Positions 36,305 to 48,358 of a stretch of 64,000 bases of DNA are shown piece by piece (positions within the stretch are counted from its first letter, which is position 1; each line of letters begins with the position of its first letter). Origin of the DNA: Octopus sinensis (taxonomy: Eukaryota). Under the pieces are notes generated by a model that saw nothing but the letters and a program-made list of their open reading frames with translations, had not been told where the DNA came from and did not search any database. The stretch spans positions 10,540,001 to 10,604,000 of the forward strand of contig NC_043000.1 in NCBI RefSeq assembly GCF_006345805.1. The letters run 5' to 3'. The position numbers and the translations under genes were made by a program.

Positions 36305-36740
36305 TAGAGCACCATCCGAACGTGATCGTTGCCAGAGCAGCAAACTGGCTTCCATGCCGGTGGCATGTAGAAAGCACCATTCAAGCATGATCGTTACCAG
36401 CGTCACCTTACTGGCACTTGTGCCGGAAGCACGTGAAAAAACATTTGAGCGAGGTCATTGCCAGTGCCGCTGGACTGGCTCCTGTGCAGGTGGCACGTAA
36501 AAAAACACCATTTGAGCATGGCTGTTGCCAGTATGGCCTGACTGGCCCTTGTGCTGGTTGCACATAAAAGCACCCACTACACTCTCTGAGTGGTTGGCAT
36601 TAGGAAGGGCATCCAGCTGTAGAAACTCTGCCAGATTAAAATGGAGCCTAGTACAGCCATCTGGTTCACCTGTCCTCAGTCAAATCGTCCAACCCATACT
36701 AGAATGGAAAGCAGACGTTAAATGATGATGATGAGGAGGA
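36305..36740 (+). mobile_element. RTE 3'-UTR fragment with (GAT)n tail
   Basis: Same UTR as 44600-45030 and 62515-62880. Confidence 0.8.
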
Positions 36741-37004
36741 GGATTTCTTTTGAGATACTGTGTGTGTCTTTCAATTAATTTTAAATATAACAAAGAATTT
36801 AGTAAAATAACTTCGTTATCATTAAGCTAGCGTTAGGAACATAAATTGTGACTGAGGTTTGGCAGAAGGTTTTAATTAAGAACTTTTGAAAACAAGGCAT
36901 TCGTACTACTGAGTCTGATGCACTTCCAGGTGGATTGGTATCAAAAGGGTTTAAGCCATTTTTTTTAAAGAGATTCTCAGAAGTTGAAGGCATGACTATA
37001 TAGT

Positions 37005-37340
37005 TAAAGAGCTTTCTTTGCTACAATGTGGTTTTGAGTTCAGTCCCACTGCACAATACCTTGGGCAAAGGCCTTCTACTATAGCCCTAGGCAAACCAAT
37101 GACTTGTGAGCAAATTTGGTAGACGGAAACTGTTCATATATATCTATTTGTGTGTTTCTTTGTGTCTACTTTTGTCCCCTAAAACTGCTTAACAGTTGGT
37201 GGTGGTCAGTTTACATCCTTGTAACTTAGTGGTTCAGTAAATAAGGCTGATGGAATACATACCAGACTTAAAATAAGAAATAAGTATTCAACTGAACCTA
37301 TCTAGGCAGTGCTCCAACAAGGTTGCCGTCTAATTACTAA
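37005..37340 (+). mobile_element. SINE family 1 (diverged)
   Basis: gagttcagtcccactgc...ccttgggcaa head and tail remnants. Confidence 0.65.
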
Positions 37341-38264
37341 AATGAAAAAAAATAAAAGGTACATCAATAATACATTACAATTTACAACAACTTTTTATTA
37401 CAGTGTTTTTAAGCAATGGTGTTTTTTTCTTTTTAAGTGATCTTCAGAAAAATATTTCATATGATTGGATTATTTCAGTATCCTGCATTTAATTACTCTT
37501 ATTTATACAACCAATTGGAAAGATGTGAAGTGATGCCATCTTGGAAATCTCCAGCACGCATGCGCAGAGTTGGATTCTTCTGGGAGGCCTGCCAGAAGTT
37601 CCCTCATGCGCATGCACAGAAAACTAGCAGCAGCGAAATTTCCCTCATATCATTCTCTCGAACGCCGGCAGCTGAACAGGACAGTTGTGTTTTATCACCT
37701 CTCGCAAGCTGCTACCTCATGGCACATCTCCAATATGCTTGAATGGACAGGATTTGGCTCACTGCGATACGCTCCTAGGCTGCCGATTTGCCCAGAAAGA
37801 AGAATGTATATATTGCGAATCAAGAAATAAATATTTATACTGTTGAAGTTAATTGGAAGTCTTGACTCTTTCCTTCGATTAATAATTTTAATGTAAAGGA
37901 TGCGAGCTGCACCCATCCAGTGTGGAGACCTCTCATCCTGTTACAAATGCTTGTTTTCTCAGGTGTGATGACCAAATTCAAACTAATATGTTTGTATGTT
38001 GCTTTTTTATAAAATTAGTTAAGTACACCATGAAAATAGACTTTTTACTATATTCTCCATACTAAGAATTTATCTGATGTTTTAGCTGGTTTCTTATTAC
38101 TAGCTTATTCTTTTAAATCTACTCATTAACCCTTTTATTGCAGATATCAGACATATTCACTCAAAATTCTGTTACCCTTAACTGCAGAAAGCAGTTGTAT
38201 AAATTAATCTATCTTTTGTTGAAGAATCTATCTTTTGTTGAAACCATTTTTTATTGATATAACC

Positions 38265-38437
38265 ATGCAGGTGGCACGTAAAAAGCACCCACTACACTCT
38301 CGGAGTGATTGGCGTTAGGAAGGGCATCCAGCTGTAGAAACTCTGCCAGATCAAGACTGGAGCCTAGTACAGCATTCTGGTTGCCAGCCCTCAGTCAAAA
38401 CCGTCCAACCCATGCTAGCATGGAAAACGGACATTAA

Positions 38438-38484
<47 letters not shown>

Positions 38485-38485
38485 A
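38265..38485 (+). mobile_element. RTE 3'-UTR fragment with long (GAT)n tail
   Basis: ggcacgtaaaaagcaccc...ccatgctagcatggaaaacggac followed by (GAT)n. Confidence 0.85.
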
Positions 38486-38721
38486 ACAAATTTACTGAGG
38501 CAACATGACTTGCAGAAAATATCAATTCTAGTTTTTGATAGATATTTAGCATCATAACTGGTTAATGATCTTTCTTTCAATTTCAAACATTTTCCTGTGA
38601 TTTCTGAATTTATTCCTTGTGGAAACAGGAAACTAAATCTTAATTTTTTGAAAGTGGCTTCAAGAACAAAAAATGAAATAGTTTGTGAAGACCCTCTGCT
38701 AAACACATATTTGACCTTTAA

Positions 38722-38941
38722 CCCTTTCATTACTAACCCGGCTGAAACCGGCTCTAGCTCTGAGTACAAATGTCTTGTTTTCATAAGTTTGGAATTAAAA
38801 TCTTCCACCAAACCTTAGTCACAGTTTATGTTCCTAACACTAGCTGAATGATAACTAAGTTATTTTACTAAATTCTTTGTTATATTTAAAGTAATTGAAA
38901 GAAACACAGAGCATCTCAAAATAAATACAGTAACGAAAGGG
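38722..38941. mobile_element. piggyBac-type MITE family P1
   Basis: TTAA|CCCTTTC...GAAAGGG|TTAA. Confidence 0.85.
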
Positions 38942-39993
38942 TTAAACAGAGCAGTGAATGTACTATTAATTCTGAATCTGCTTTCAGTTAGACTTCCTAA
39001 CTGCTGACCAGAGAACATGACATCTTACAGAAAACATGACATCTTACATTCTTCTGATTGATAAATGCATTGTGCAGCTGTTTGTTCTTTGCTACTTATT
39101 ATTCTGTCTTGCAATTGTCTGATAAAAAATACGGAAATATATTGTTCCATGAATTAGTACAAAACCTAATTACATTCTATTGATTTCATATAACTTTGCT
39201 GAAGTCCACTTAATTTCCAAATTCAAGAATCACAAAGATTGGATGGATAAAGTGTCAACCTTCTAACCAAAAAAGTGTGAATTTGTTATGCATCACTGAC
39301 ATTGCTCTCAGCCTTGAAATCCTTCTGCTGCTCTACTTAACTAACAGCAAAGCAATTAAGAGATAAAGATGGGAAAGTGGGGAAGAGATTAATTTAGTTG
39401 TGATGTACTAAACTGAGTGAAAACCGATAGGTGATTCATAGTGAGATAAGCTCTAACACTCTTAATTAGGAGAGCATGATACATTTAATTAATCAAGACT
39501 ATACCAAGTAAAAGAAGAAAAGGAAAAGACCTTTTCAACTGAGTTAATGTGTAAGAGTACCAATTAATTAATAGGTAGCTCAGTTGTCAAAACTACTGTA
39601 ATATCCTCTCTTCACACAAGACTTAATTAATTGGTTATCAGATATATTAATTTCAGTCTCTTGTAATTTCCTTCTCTCAGTCACATATTTCATAACTGTA
39701 GATATTGTGGCTACCTCTTAATAAACTTCTTTAGTCACTTGATGCCTTCAAATTAAGCATAAAGAAAGCAAAAGATAACTTAATGCTCCCTCACCTCCCA
39801 AATTGTAACAGAGCCATTTAATCTCTTGCCACAAAGATGCCCACCTCATTGAAATATTTGTAGCCACTGATCTACATCAAGGAGATTCTACAAGAAATGC
39901 TTTTCCTGAAAAATCCTTCATATTTGCTGTCTGTTTTATTTCCAATTCCACAGTGCATACCCAAAAAATTACTCCCAAAGACACACATACACA

Positions 39994-40149
<156 letters not shown>

Positions 40150-40252
40150 CCTTTCAATGATCACCAGTTTGACCAAGATCAAGCCATGGCTACAAGAATC
40201 ATGTTCTCTATCATGCAGCAATAGTTTTCTTGATGTTTAAAATTTTTGCAAA

Positions 40253-40644
40253 TCTATATATATATAGATGAAGTTGTCTACGTATGTCAGGTTTGGTAGC
40301 CTTCAACTAACACTATCTCCTCCGAGACCCTGTGGTGCAAGTTGACCAAAATTGAGAGTATGATAGAAGAAGACTTGCTCTTCATTCCGTAGAAGATAAA
40401 ATTCATATCGGACCATGTTAAGACCAAAATTTATTTACATAAAAAAGGTGCTTTTTTTTCTATGAAAATCCCTACTTTTTACGATTTTTTTTACTGCTGT
40501 GTCACCATTTTTCGGTGTATTTCAACCAGAAAAATGATCACTTAAAGAGAATAACAAGCTACGTAATGCAAAATTTTTACTTTTCAAAAATTCCAATTCT
40601 AAAGGGTCGAAACAAACCCGAGCAACGCCGGGCAATACTGCTAG
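40253..40644 (+). mobile_element. Non-autonomous Helitron-like element, family B
   Basis: A|TCTATATATA...CCCGAGCAACGCCGGG CAATACTG CTAG|T. Confidence 0.85.
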
Positions 40645-40779
40645 TGTAATAATACAGCCATTTATAATAGCAAAAGCTTCAACTGTATCTTGTATCAGAA
40701 TACTGTCTTGACTGCCAGTCTATACGCTTCGTATTTTTCAAATCTCTTGAATTAAAAGTTTCCAGTTACTCTTCCACTG

Positions 40780-41230
40780 TAATATGTTCTAATGGGACTC
40801 TTTTCAACCCTTACTCTATCGAATTTAGCATGCCTCTTAAGTTCAGCTATGCCTCCTGCATTTATCCTTCTATACATTAACAACCCAGTTGTTGTCATAT
40901 CTAGGAGCACTCATTCATATGCAGATAATGCCATCTTTTCTCTTGCTTCACTTTGCACACTTAGACATCATCCACATATAACCAAACTACCTCATTGCCA
41001 AATCTACACCGCTTTCCTGAAAAGAACCTTACAAACATCATTCAATGAGAGCATAACATGATCTTTTTCGACAGCATAAAAACACAAACTCTACGCATGC
41101 TAATGCCCTAACCACATCCAAAAGAAGTTCATTTCACTGACTGACAAAGATACACTAACCAACACACAACCACTTGCTGACATATTCACTGTTTCTTCTC
41201 TATCCTTATTCTACTTCTACTATAATGACC
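40780..41230 (+). pseudogene. CR1/L2/Jockey-group LINE RT fragment
   Basis: PPAFILLYINN..THSYADNAIF resembles LFxLYINDL..HxYADD. Confidence 0.6.
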
Positions 41231-41286
41231 TTTACTCCTTTAAATTAGCTGTATATCCCTTCACTTATGTCAGGTGGATTCTTTAA

Positions 41287-41728
41287 CCCTTTCGTTACCA
41301 ACCCGGCTGAAACCGGCTCTGGCTCTTTAGTACAAATGTCTGGTTTTCAAAAGTTCTGAATTAAAACCTTCCACCAAACCTTAGTCACAATTTATGTCCC
41401 TAACTCTAGCTTAATGATAACAATGTTATTTTACTTCATTCTTTGTTATATTAACATAATTAGAAGAAACACTGAGCATCTCAAAATAAATTCAGTAACG
41501 AAAGGGTTAACCCTTTAGTTTTTGAACCGGCTATATCCGGCCCAAATATTCTGCTCATTTTATGCTCAAACTGGCCAGAACCAGTATCTCACACTTACCT
41601 TGCAATGTCATTCTAAAAATAAACAATTACATCTTTCAAATCTTGAAGCTACAAGATAATACCAGATTAATTTTAAAAAATGTAAATGAATAAGGATTAC
41701 TTTTGACATTAATTTGAACGCTAAAGGG
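41287..41728. mobile_element. Two adjacent piggyBac-type MITEs (P1 41287-41506, P2 41511-41728) sharing one TTAA
   Basis: TTAA|CCCTTTCG...CGAAAGGG|TTAA|CCCTTTAG...CTAAAGGG|TTTA. Confidence 0.85.
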
Positions 41729-42574
41729 TTTATCTCTTCTCTCTTCTCTTATCAAATTACCAGACCCTGTAGTAACATAGATAGGGGTGGGCACAAGGAG
41801 CTGACCACTCCAGGTGGTGCTTTTATGGGGCAACACTTTTGGTTCTGCTTTATAAGCTTGTATAGACTGCATTAACCTGGAGGGCAGTGAGGAGAGTAAA
41901 CTCAATGGTTGTCCCAGGTGGCACAATCTTTAGCTGTGCCACTGGTCTTAATATTTACTCTGAAGTAAAAACAAAAGTCATTCTTCCACAGAACAGCATC
42001 AGTCTGGAAATCCACACACAGTGACCTTTGATTTCTTAAGGATGGTGAAATTGGACATCAACTACATAAATGTTCTCCATAGAAGAAGATCTGCAAAGGT
42101 CAGAGGTAACTCTCTATCCACCTCTTTTCACCAACTTATAAATATATGAAAAAAATGGTTGCAGCTCTTTCCCACTCCAGCTATTCTTGATATGTCACAG
42201 GGTGAAAGGCTAGAAAAGTTGAAAGGATACTTATGTCTTCTTGAAACTGCATAGGCACCCAAAACAATTAAGAAAAGTATGGCACATATTAGTAAGTCAT
42301 TTGTGGTTGATAGTAAGCTCTTTTATACTTGTATTATGTGTATGCAAACATAGAATGACACCAGCTGGAGCATTTTGTCTCAGAGCAACTTCTCAAAAAG
42401 ACTTGTGTGTTAAAAACAGAGCTTCACTTAGAATGCCCCAGTAGACTACCAGACACAGTGTTTCAACATGATTTGGCCTCCTCAGTAATGAATACTTTAA
42501 ATGTTCTAAGTCAAACCAAAATGGCTTGTGATATAAAAATCAGTGACCAAAACCTTTATAGCTTTGTGCAAATG

Positions 42575-42990
42575 ATAGCCAGCCCAGGATGGCTAAGAAA
42601 CTTATTTTTTAACCATATGGTTTTTGGGTTCACTCCCACCACACAGCACCCTGAGCATGTGTTTTCTACTATAGCCCTGGGCTGACAATAGCCTTGTGAG
42701 TGGATTTTGTAGATAAAAACTGAAAGACAACAGTTGTGTGTGTGTGTGTGTATGTGTGTGTGCATGCGCATGTGTGCATGTATGTGTGTGTGTGTGTGTC
42801 TTTTGTCTTGACATTGTATGATATTTGTAAATGAACATCACTGTAATGCAAGCAATGCCTTTCATTTCCTTCCAGCCAGGTAAATATGTTTGACCATAGG
42901 GAAATATTACCTTGCTTGAAAATAGATGCATGTAGATGACATGAAGGGCATCAAACCACAGAAAATTTGCCTCAACAAATTCTATCTGAC
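42575..42990 (+). mobile_element. SINE with family-1 head and a different tail
   Basis: Family-1 head and body to (GT)n, then a tail unlike 58570-59005. Confidence 0.6.
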
Positions 42991-43169
42991 CATGCAAGCA
43001 TGAAAAAGAGAAGATTATAACATTGATGATGATATATATTGTATAGAGGAGTTTATTGAGAGTTTACTCCTGATAACAGAGGTTCATCCTGTGCTAAAGT
43101 AGAGTATGAAGTATGTGTTAAGTGTATCATTTGATACAGCATATAGTGATGCACTGGCATTGAATGAGA

Positions 43170-43578
43170 AAAATCTTTTCTAGCAGTGTCATATGAAATT
43201 GTCACCCATAATTATGACCCTAGTATCGATCTATTGCATTTCAATCTGTTTTAGTGTTAGGGTTAGGGTTAGGGTTAGGGGTGGGGGGAAGGGTATCTTT
43301 TTTTCTTCAGAAATATAAATAAACCTAATCTGTTTCTTAAACGAGGGACATATTCATACGGCACAGTATGTTTTCACCTCAATAGACGTCATTGATTGGT
43401 TGAAATTGCAGAAATGCAAGAAAATAAAACAACAAATATCTTACAAAATATAGAATTTTCTCAATAAAGCCAAGAGAAAAAGATGTTTTATAAACACATT
43501 CTACCAGTATACAAAGTTTAAAAGTGTTTAGTTACGTGGAAATTATTTTAAAAACTGCCGTTCAAACCGAAAAGATCC
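43170..43578 (+). mobile_element. TTAGGG-carrying MITE with damaged left end
   Basis: Right TIR intact, clean (TTAGGG)3 plus G-run. Left TIR partly deleted, no TSD. Confidence 0.85.
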
Positions 43579-43985
43579 TAAGTTGAATGCAGTCTATTGG
43601 GTGTGTAATTTTTATTCTATATGAAATACAGAGAACATTTAAGCTTGTAGAGTAGGTAGACTGACTGTTCTCATATGGAAATGTATTGAGAATGGATGAC
43701 AAAAAAGGGTGAAAAAAAACAAAGGCTTTATTCTGTCATGTAAGACATAAGAAAAAGTTTTAAGGTCAACTTAAAAAATTACAGAAAAAATATCACAAGA
43801 CTGAGCTGAGTGTTGACATGACACACTTTCAGATAATAAATGATTCATAAAATGATGATTATGTTGATGATGATAAATATGATAGTCATAACGATAGTGG
43901 TCATAATGAACATGTATGTATATACCCTTATGTACATATACATGTGAGCATGTATATATGTTTCCCTCTCTCACTCTCTGGTGTG

Positions 43986-44016
<31 letters not shown>

Positions 44017-44047
44017 TTATATATAAATATATATATGTATAAATATA

Positions 44048-44158
<111 letters not shown>

Positions 44159-44256
44159 GAAATTTACATAAATAAGGATAAGATCGTTATTTAAAATACC
44201 GATCTTATCAGGTGGTCAGCATCAGAATAAAATCCTCATAGGTAATAATTATTAAA

Positions 44257-44538
44257 ATTATAATTATGGGTATCTAAAAGAATCTACCATGCTAGATATA
44301 GCAGCCAAAACTTGACTCTAAAACCTCATTAAATGTTCATACCACACCAAGAGAGAAGACAAAGAGACAAAATAAACTAGCAAAAAACATTTAGTGGATA
44401 ATTCCAGATCTGGAATTATCCAGTTAACTTTTTTTTTGCTAGTTTATTTTGTCTCTTTGTCTTTAATGAGGTTTTAGAGTCAAGTTTTGGCTGTTATATC
44501 TAGTATGGTGGTATCTCTTATATACCCTTAATTATAAT
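44257..44538. repeat. ~280-bp palindrome with zero-spacer centre, between (AT)n tracts
   Basis: Centre GGATAATTCCAGA|TCTGGAATTATCC (44396-44421). Arms pair outward, with one ~25-nt indel. Confidence 0.9.
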
Positions 44539-44548
44539 ATATATATAT

Positions 44549-44599
<51 letters not shown>

Positions 44600-44606
<7 letters not shown>

Positions 44607-45600
44607 CATCATCATCGTCGTTTAACATCGTCGTTTTCCATGTGGCATGGGTTGGACGGTTTGACTGATGTCTGGAGAGCTAGGGGCTGCACCAGGCTCC
44701 AATCTGATCTGACAATGTTTCTACAGCTGGATGCTTTTCCTAACGCCACCCACTCCAAGAGTGTAGTGGGTGCTTTATATGTGCCACCGGCATGGGAGCC
44801 AGTCAGGCAGGCCTGGCATTGATCACGTCTGGATGGTGCTTTTTACATGCCACTGGCACAAGAGCCAGTCAGGCTGTACTGGCATCGGCCATAATTGGTT
44901 GGTGATTTTTACATGCCACCAGTATGGCAGCCAGTCAGGGGTCACTGGCCACAGCTACAATATTAGTTTTACTTGACTCAACAGGTCTTCTCAAGCATAT
45001 CATATCACTTGACACATCAGGGGTATTCTTAACAGGGCCAGACATGTGTAGCTGCGATCTCACTTTAGTTGCCGGGTCTTCTCAATCACAACATATCTCC
45101 AAAGGTCCCAGTCTCTTATCATTGCCTCTGAGAAGCCTAATGTTCGAAGGTGATGCTTCATCACCTCATCCCATGTCTTCTTGGTTTACCTCTTCCACAG
45201 GCTTCTTCTACAGTTAGGGAGTGGCACTTCCTCACACAGCTGTCTTCATTCATACACAACACATGACTATACTAGTGCAGACGCCTCTCTTGCACACCAC
45301 ATTTGATGCTTCATATGTCCGACTTTCCTCTCAGGGTTTTTACACTCTGTCGTGTATGCACACTGACTTTACACATCCAGCGGATAATACTGGCTTCATT
45401 TCTTTCAAGCCTACGCATGTCCTCAGTATTCATGGCTCATGTTTCACTGCTGTGTAGCATGGCAGTTTGCACACATGCATCATACAGTCTACTTTTCACC
45501 CTGAGCAAGAGGCCCTTAGTTGCCAGCAGAGGTAGGAGCTCCCTGAACTTTGCCCAGACTATTCTTACTCTAGTCGCTACCTCTGAGAGCCTAGATAGCA
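44600..45600 (-). mobile_element. RTE-clade LINE 3' fragment (ORF2 end plus long 3' UTR and (GAT)n)
   Basis: Minus frame VATRVRIVWAKFRELLPLLATKGLLLRVKSRLYDACVQTAMLHSSET*..RLERNEASIIRWMC. Its UTR is the repeat seen at 32040, 36305, 38265, 62515 and 63140. Confidence 0.85.
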
Positions 45601-45734
45601 GAAACTATCAACTACAATAGTTTCTCCTCCTTGCATGTGATGGAATCTATTTTCTGCACATCTTCAGTGTTTATTGCCCCAGTACATCTGCCACACACAC
45701 AAAAACTATTTTCCCAGTTAACCTTCCTTTGATA

Positions 45735-45950
45735 TTGCTGTGCCTTTTATGTGTCCATATATATATATCTATATATATACTATATATGTGGGAATTTCTG
45801 TCTGTGGGTGTGTTTGCGGAGTTGTTATCTAATTCCTCCTCCATCGTTTTATCGATTTTGATGAAACTTGACACGTGAGTAGAACTCATGTCTGGAAACG
45901 TCATGGCATACTCAGATTGTTGAAAATATTGATAATAGGGCCCCTGGAAG
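45735..45950 (+). mobile_element. DINE-1/Helentron-like core fragment
   Basis: TC/TA-rich start, gtctgt block and cgattttgatgaaacttg motif. Family assignment is inference. Confidence 0.4.
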
Positions 45951-45987
45951 TGATCCTTGTATATATCTAATATATTTTATTTTAATA

Positions 45988-47368
45988 TCTATATATATAA
46001 AAGTGAAGTTGTGTGAATGTCTGTCTCCTACGATTTAGATTCCTAAATACTCCCACATTTTGTGGTGCAGTTTAACCAAATTCGGGTATCTTATAGTCGT
46101 GATTCATATCGAGCCCGTCTGGGTATTAGCGCGCATCTACGATGAGTCTACGATTTTAAAAATAATTTACCATAATCTTTTTCCATTTTAATGCATATTT
46201 TTTCGTGTGTCGATGGCGGCGGAGTTGGCGTCCATGCTCACACCTGCACCTGTGTTGCTTCTCCCCCTTCTTCCCTCCCTTGTAAAGTGTGACTGCGCAT
46301 GTGCGAACGTGTGACTGCGCATGCGCAGTCACACTGTCGTGCATGCGCAGTCACACTGTCGTGCATGCGCAGTCACATGTTCGCACATGCGCAGTCACAC
46401 TTTCGCGCATGCGCAGTCACATGTTCGCGCACGCACATATATGTGCGCATATAGCATAAGACCATATATATATCTATATATATAAAAGTGAAGTTGTGTG
46501 AGTGTCTGTCTCCTACGATTTAGATTCCTAACTACTCCCACATTTTGCGGTGCAGTTTAACCAATTTCAGGTATCTTATAGTCGTGATTCATATCGAGCC
46601 CGTCTGGGTATTAGCGCGTGTCTACGATTTTAAAAATAATTTACCATAATTTTTTTCCATTTTAACGCATATTTTTTCGTGTGTCGATGGCGGCGGAGTT
46701 GGCGTCCATGCTCACACCTGCACCTGTGTTGCTTCTCCCCCTTCTTTACTCCCTCGTGAAGCTGTGGGGAAGGAAGTGTAAGGAAATCAACGTCGTAAAG
46801 CGTTGTCAAGGAGACCAGCGTTCTTTTAGAACAACGACTTCATGGCTTGAAGTCGCCAAAACAGAAATCGCTAAAAAAGCTGAAACAGATCCACAAAAAC
46901 GGCAAAAACCGCCACACAGGGCAGGTTTCCTGTGCAAACAATTTGCACAACCGAATGTTTTAGTTGTTGCACAAATCTTTATATATAAAAGTGAAGTTGT
47001 GTGTCTGTCTCCTACGATTTAGATTCCTAACTACTCCCACATTTTGCGGTGCAGTTTAACCAAAACCGGGTATCTTATAGTCGTGATTCATATCAAGCCC
47101 TTCTGGGTACTAGTGCGCGTCTACAATGAGTCTACGATTTAAAAAATAATTTACCATCATTTTTTCCATTTTAATGCATTTTTTTGCTATTATATAAGGG
47201 AAGTAACTCTCTAAAAATGTCTACGATGAGTCAACGATTTAAAAAAAATTTACTATAATTTTTTTCCATTTTAATGCATTTTTTTGCTATTTTTTGGCTG
47301 TAACTCTCTAAAAATGTTTTATAGTTATTTCCCTTACAAACCCGAGCAACGCCGGGCGATACTGCTAG
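45988..47368 (+). mobile_element. Head-to-tail array of three Helitron-like family A units
   Basis: 5' TC starts at 45988, 46473 and 46976. A single 3' hairpin plus CTAG|T at 47341-47369. Confidence 0.85.
46286..46450. repeat. 22-bp minisatellite containing GCATGCGCAGTCAC, with an orientation switch
   Basis: Two inverted units then five forward units. Perfect 26-bp palindrome at 46309-46334. Confidence 0.9.
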
Positions 47369-47619
47369 TATTTTATATATCTAATATATTTTATTTTAAA
47401 AACCAAGGGAAATTCGTCCCTTGATGGGATCATTGTATATAGCCAAGGGAAATAACCCATTCGTTTTCCTAAATTATTTGGTAAAAATGAAAATGAGTAT
47501 GCTTAGTTCTTAGTATTTGAACTGTTAGAGTTATTTTCGCAATTTATCCAGTACAACCCTTAAACAAGTAAATAGTATTTTCCTAAACAATAGATCCACT
47601 TATTTCGGTTAGTGACTTA

Positions 47620-47900
47620 TTCATGAATATACCAACACTAGCGCCTCTGAGGGTAATATTCTCTGGGAATGCACAAAAGCCCTTTTCATAATATCACTAT
47701 CAGACATATAATTCTTACATAACTCTATTAAGTGATCACATCTATTAAATGATGAGTGGCAACAAATAAACATTGCTAAATTTGCTTCAAGCATAGATGT
47801 CTTATCATTTTGGGCTTTAATAAAATTGGCAAGAGGAATCATTTGCTGTGTAGTTGATACCTTATGTTTCTTTGCTTCACAGTGGCTTCTTTCGGAATTT
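47620..47900 (-). pseudogene. hAT-related transposase N-terminal fragment
   Basis: HCEAKKHK and LEANLAMFICCHSSFNRCDHLIELCKNYMSDS resemble the E..L..F...H.S....DH...L.....DS block of hAT-type transposases. Confidence 0.5.
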
Positions 47901-47963
47901 TTGCTAGTACAACTTATTTTTTTTTTGCTCATTATAATGTAGTGGGAAGCAAGAAAATAAATT

Positions 47964-48358
47964 GGTGGCGAGCCGGGTAAAATGCTTAGTGGTATTTCTT
48001 CTGCCATCACGTTCTGAGTTCAAATTCCACCGAGGTCTACTTCGCCTTTCATCCTTTCGGGGTCAATAAATTAAGTACCAGTTACACACTGAGGTCGATG
48101 TAATCGACTTAATACCTATGTCTGTCCTTGTTTGTCCCCTCTATGTTTAGCCCCTTGTGGGTAATAAAGAAATAGGTATTTCGTCTGCCGTTACGTTTTG
48201 AGTTCAAATTCCGCCGAGGTCTACTTTGACTTTCATCCTTTCGGTGTCAATAAATTAAATACCAGTTACGTACTGGGGTCAATGTAATCGACTTAATCCC
48301 TTTGTCTGTCCTTGTTTGTCCCCTCTATGTTTAGCCCCTTGTGGGCAATAAAGAAATA
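47964..48358 (+). mobile_element. SINE family 2, dimeric (head-body-body)
   Basis: Second body starts at the junction aaagaaata|ggtatttc (48174/48175). Confidence 0.9.

Noticed and set aside
46286-46450. CRISPR-like or iteron-like array
   Set aside because: Units are contiguous with no unique spacers, and the context is eukaryotic repeat DNA.
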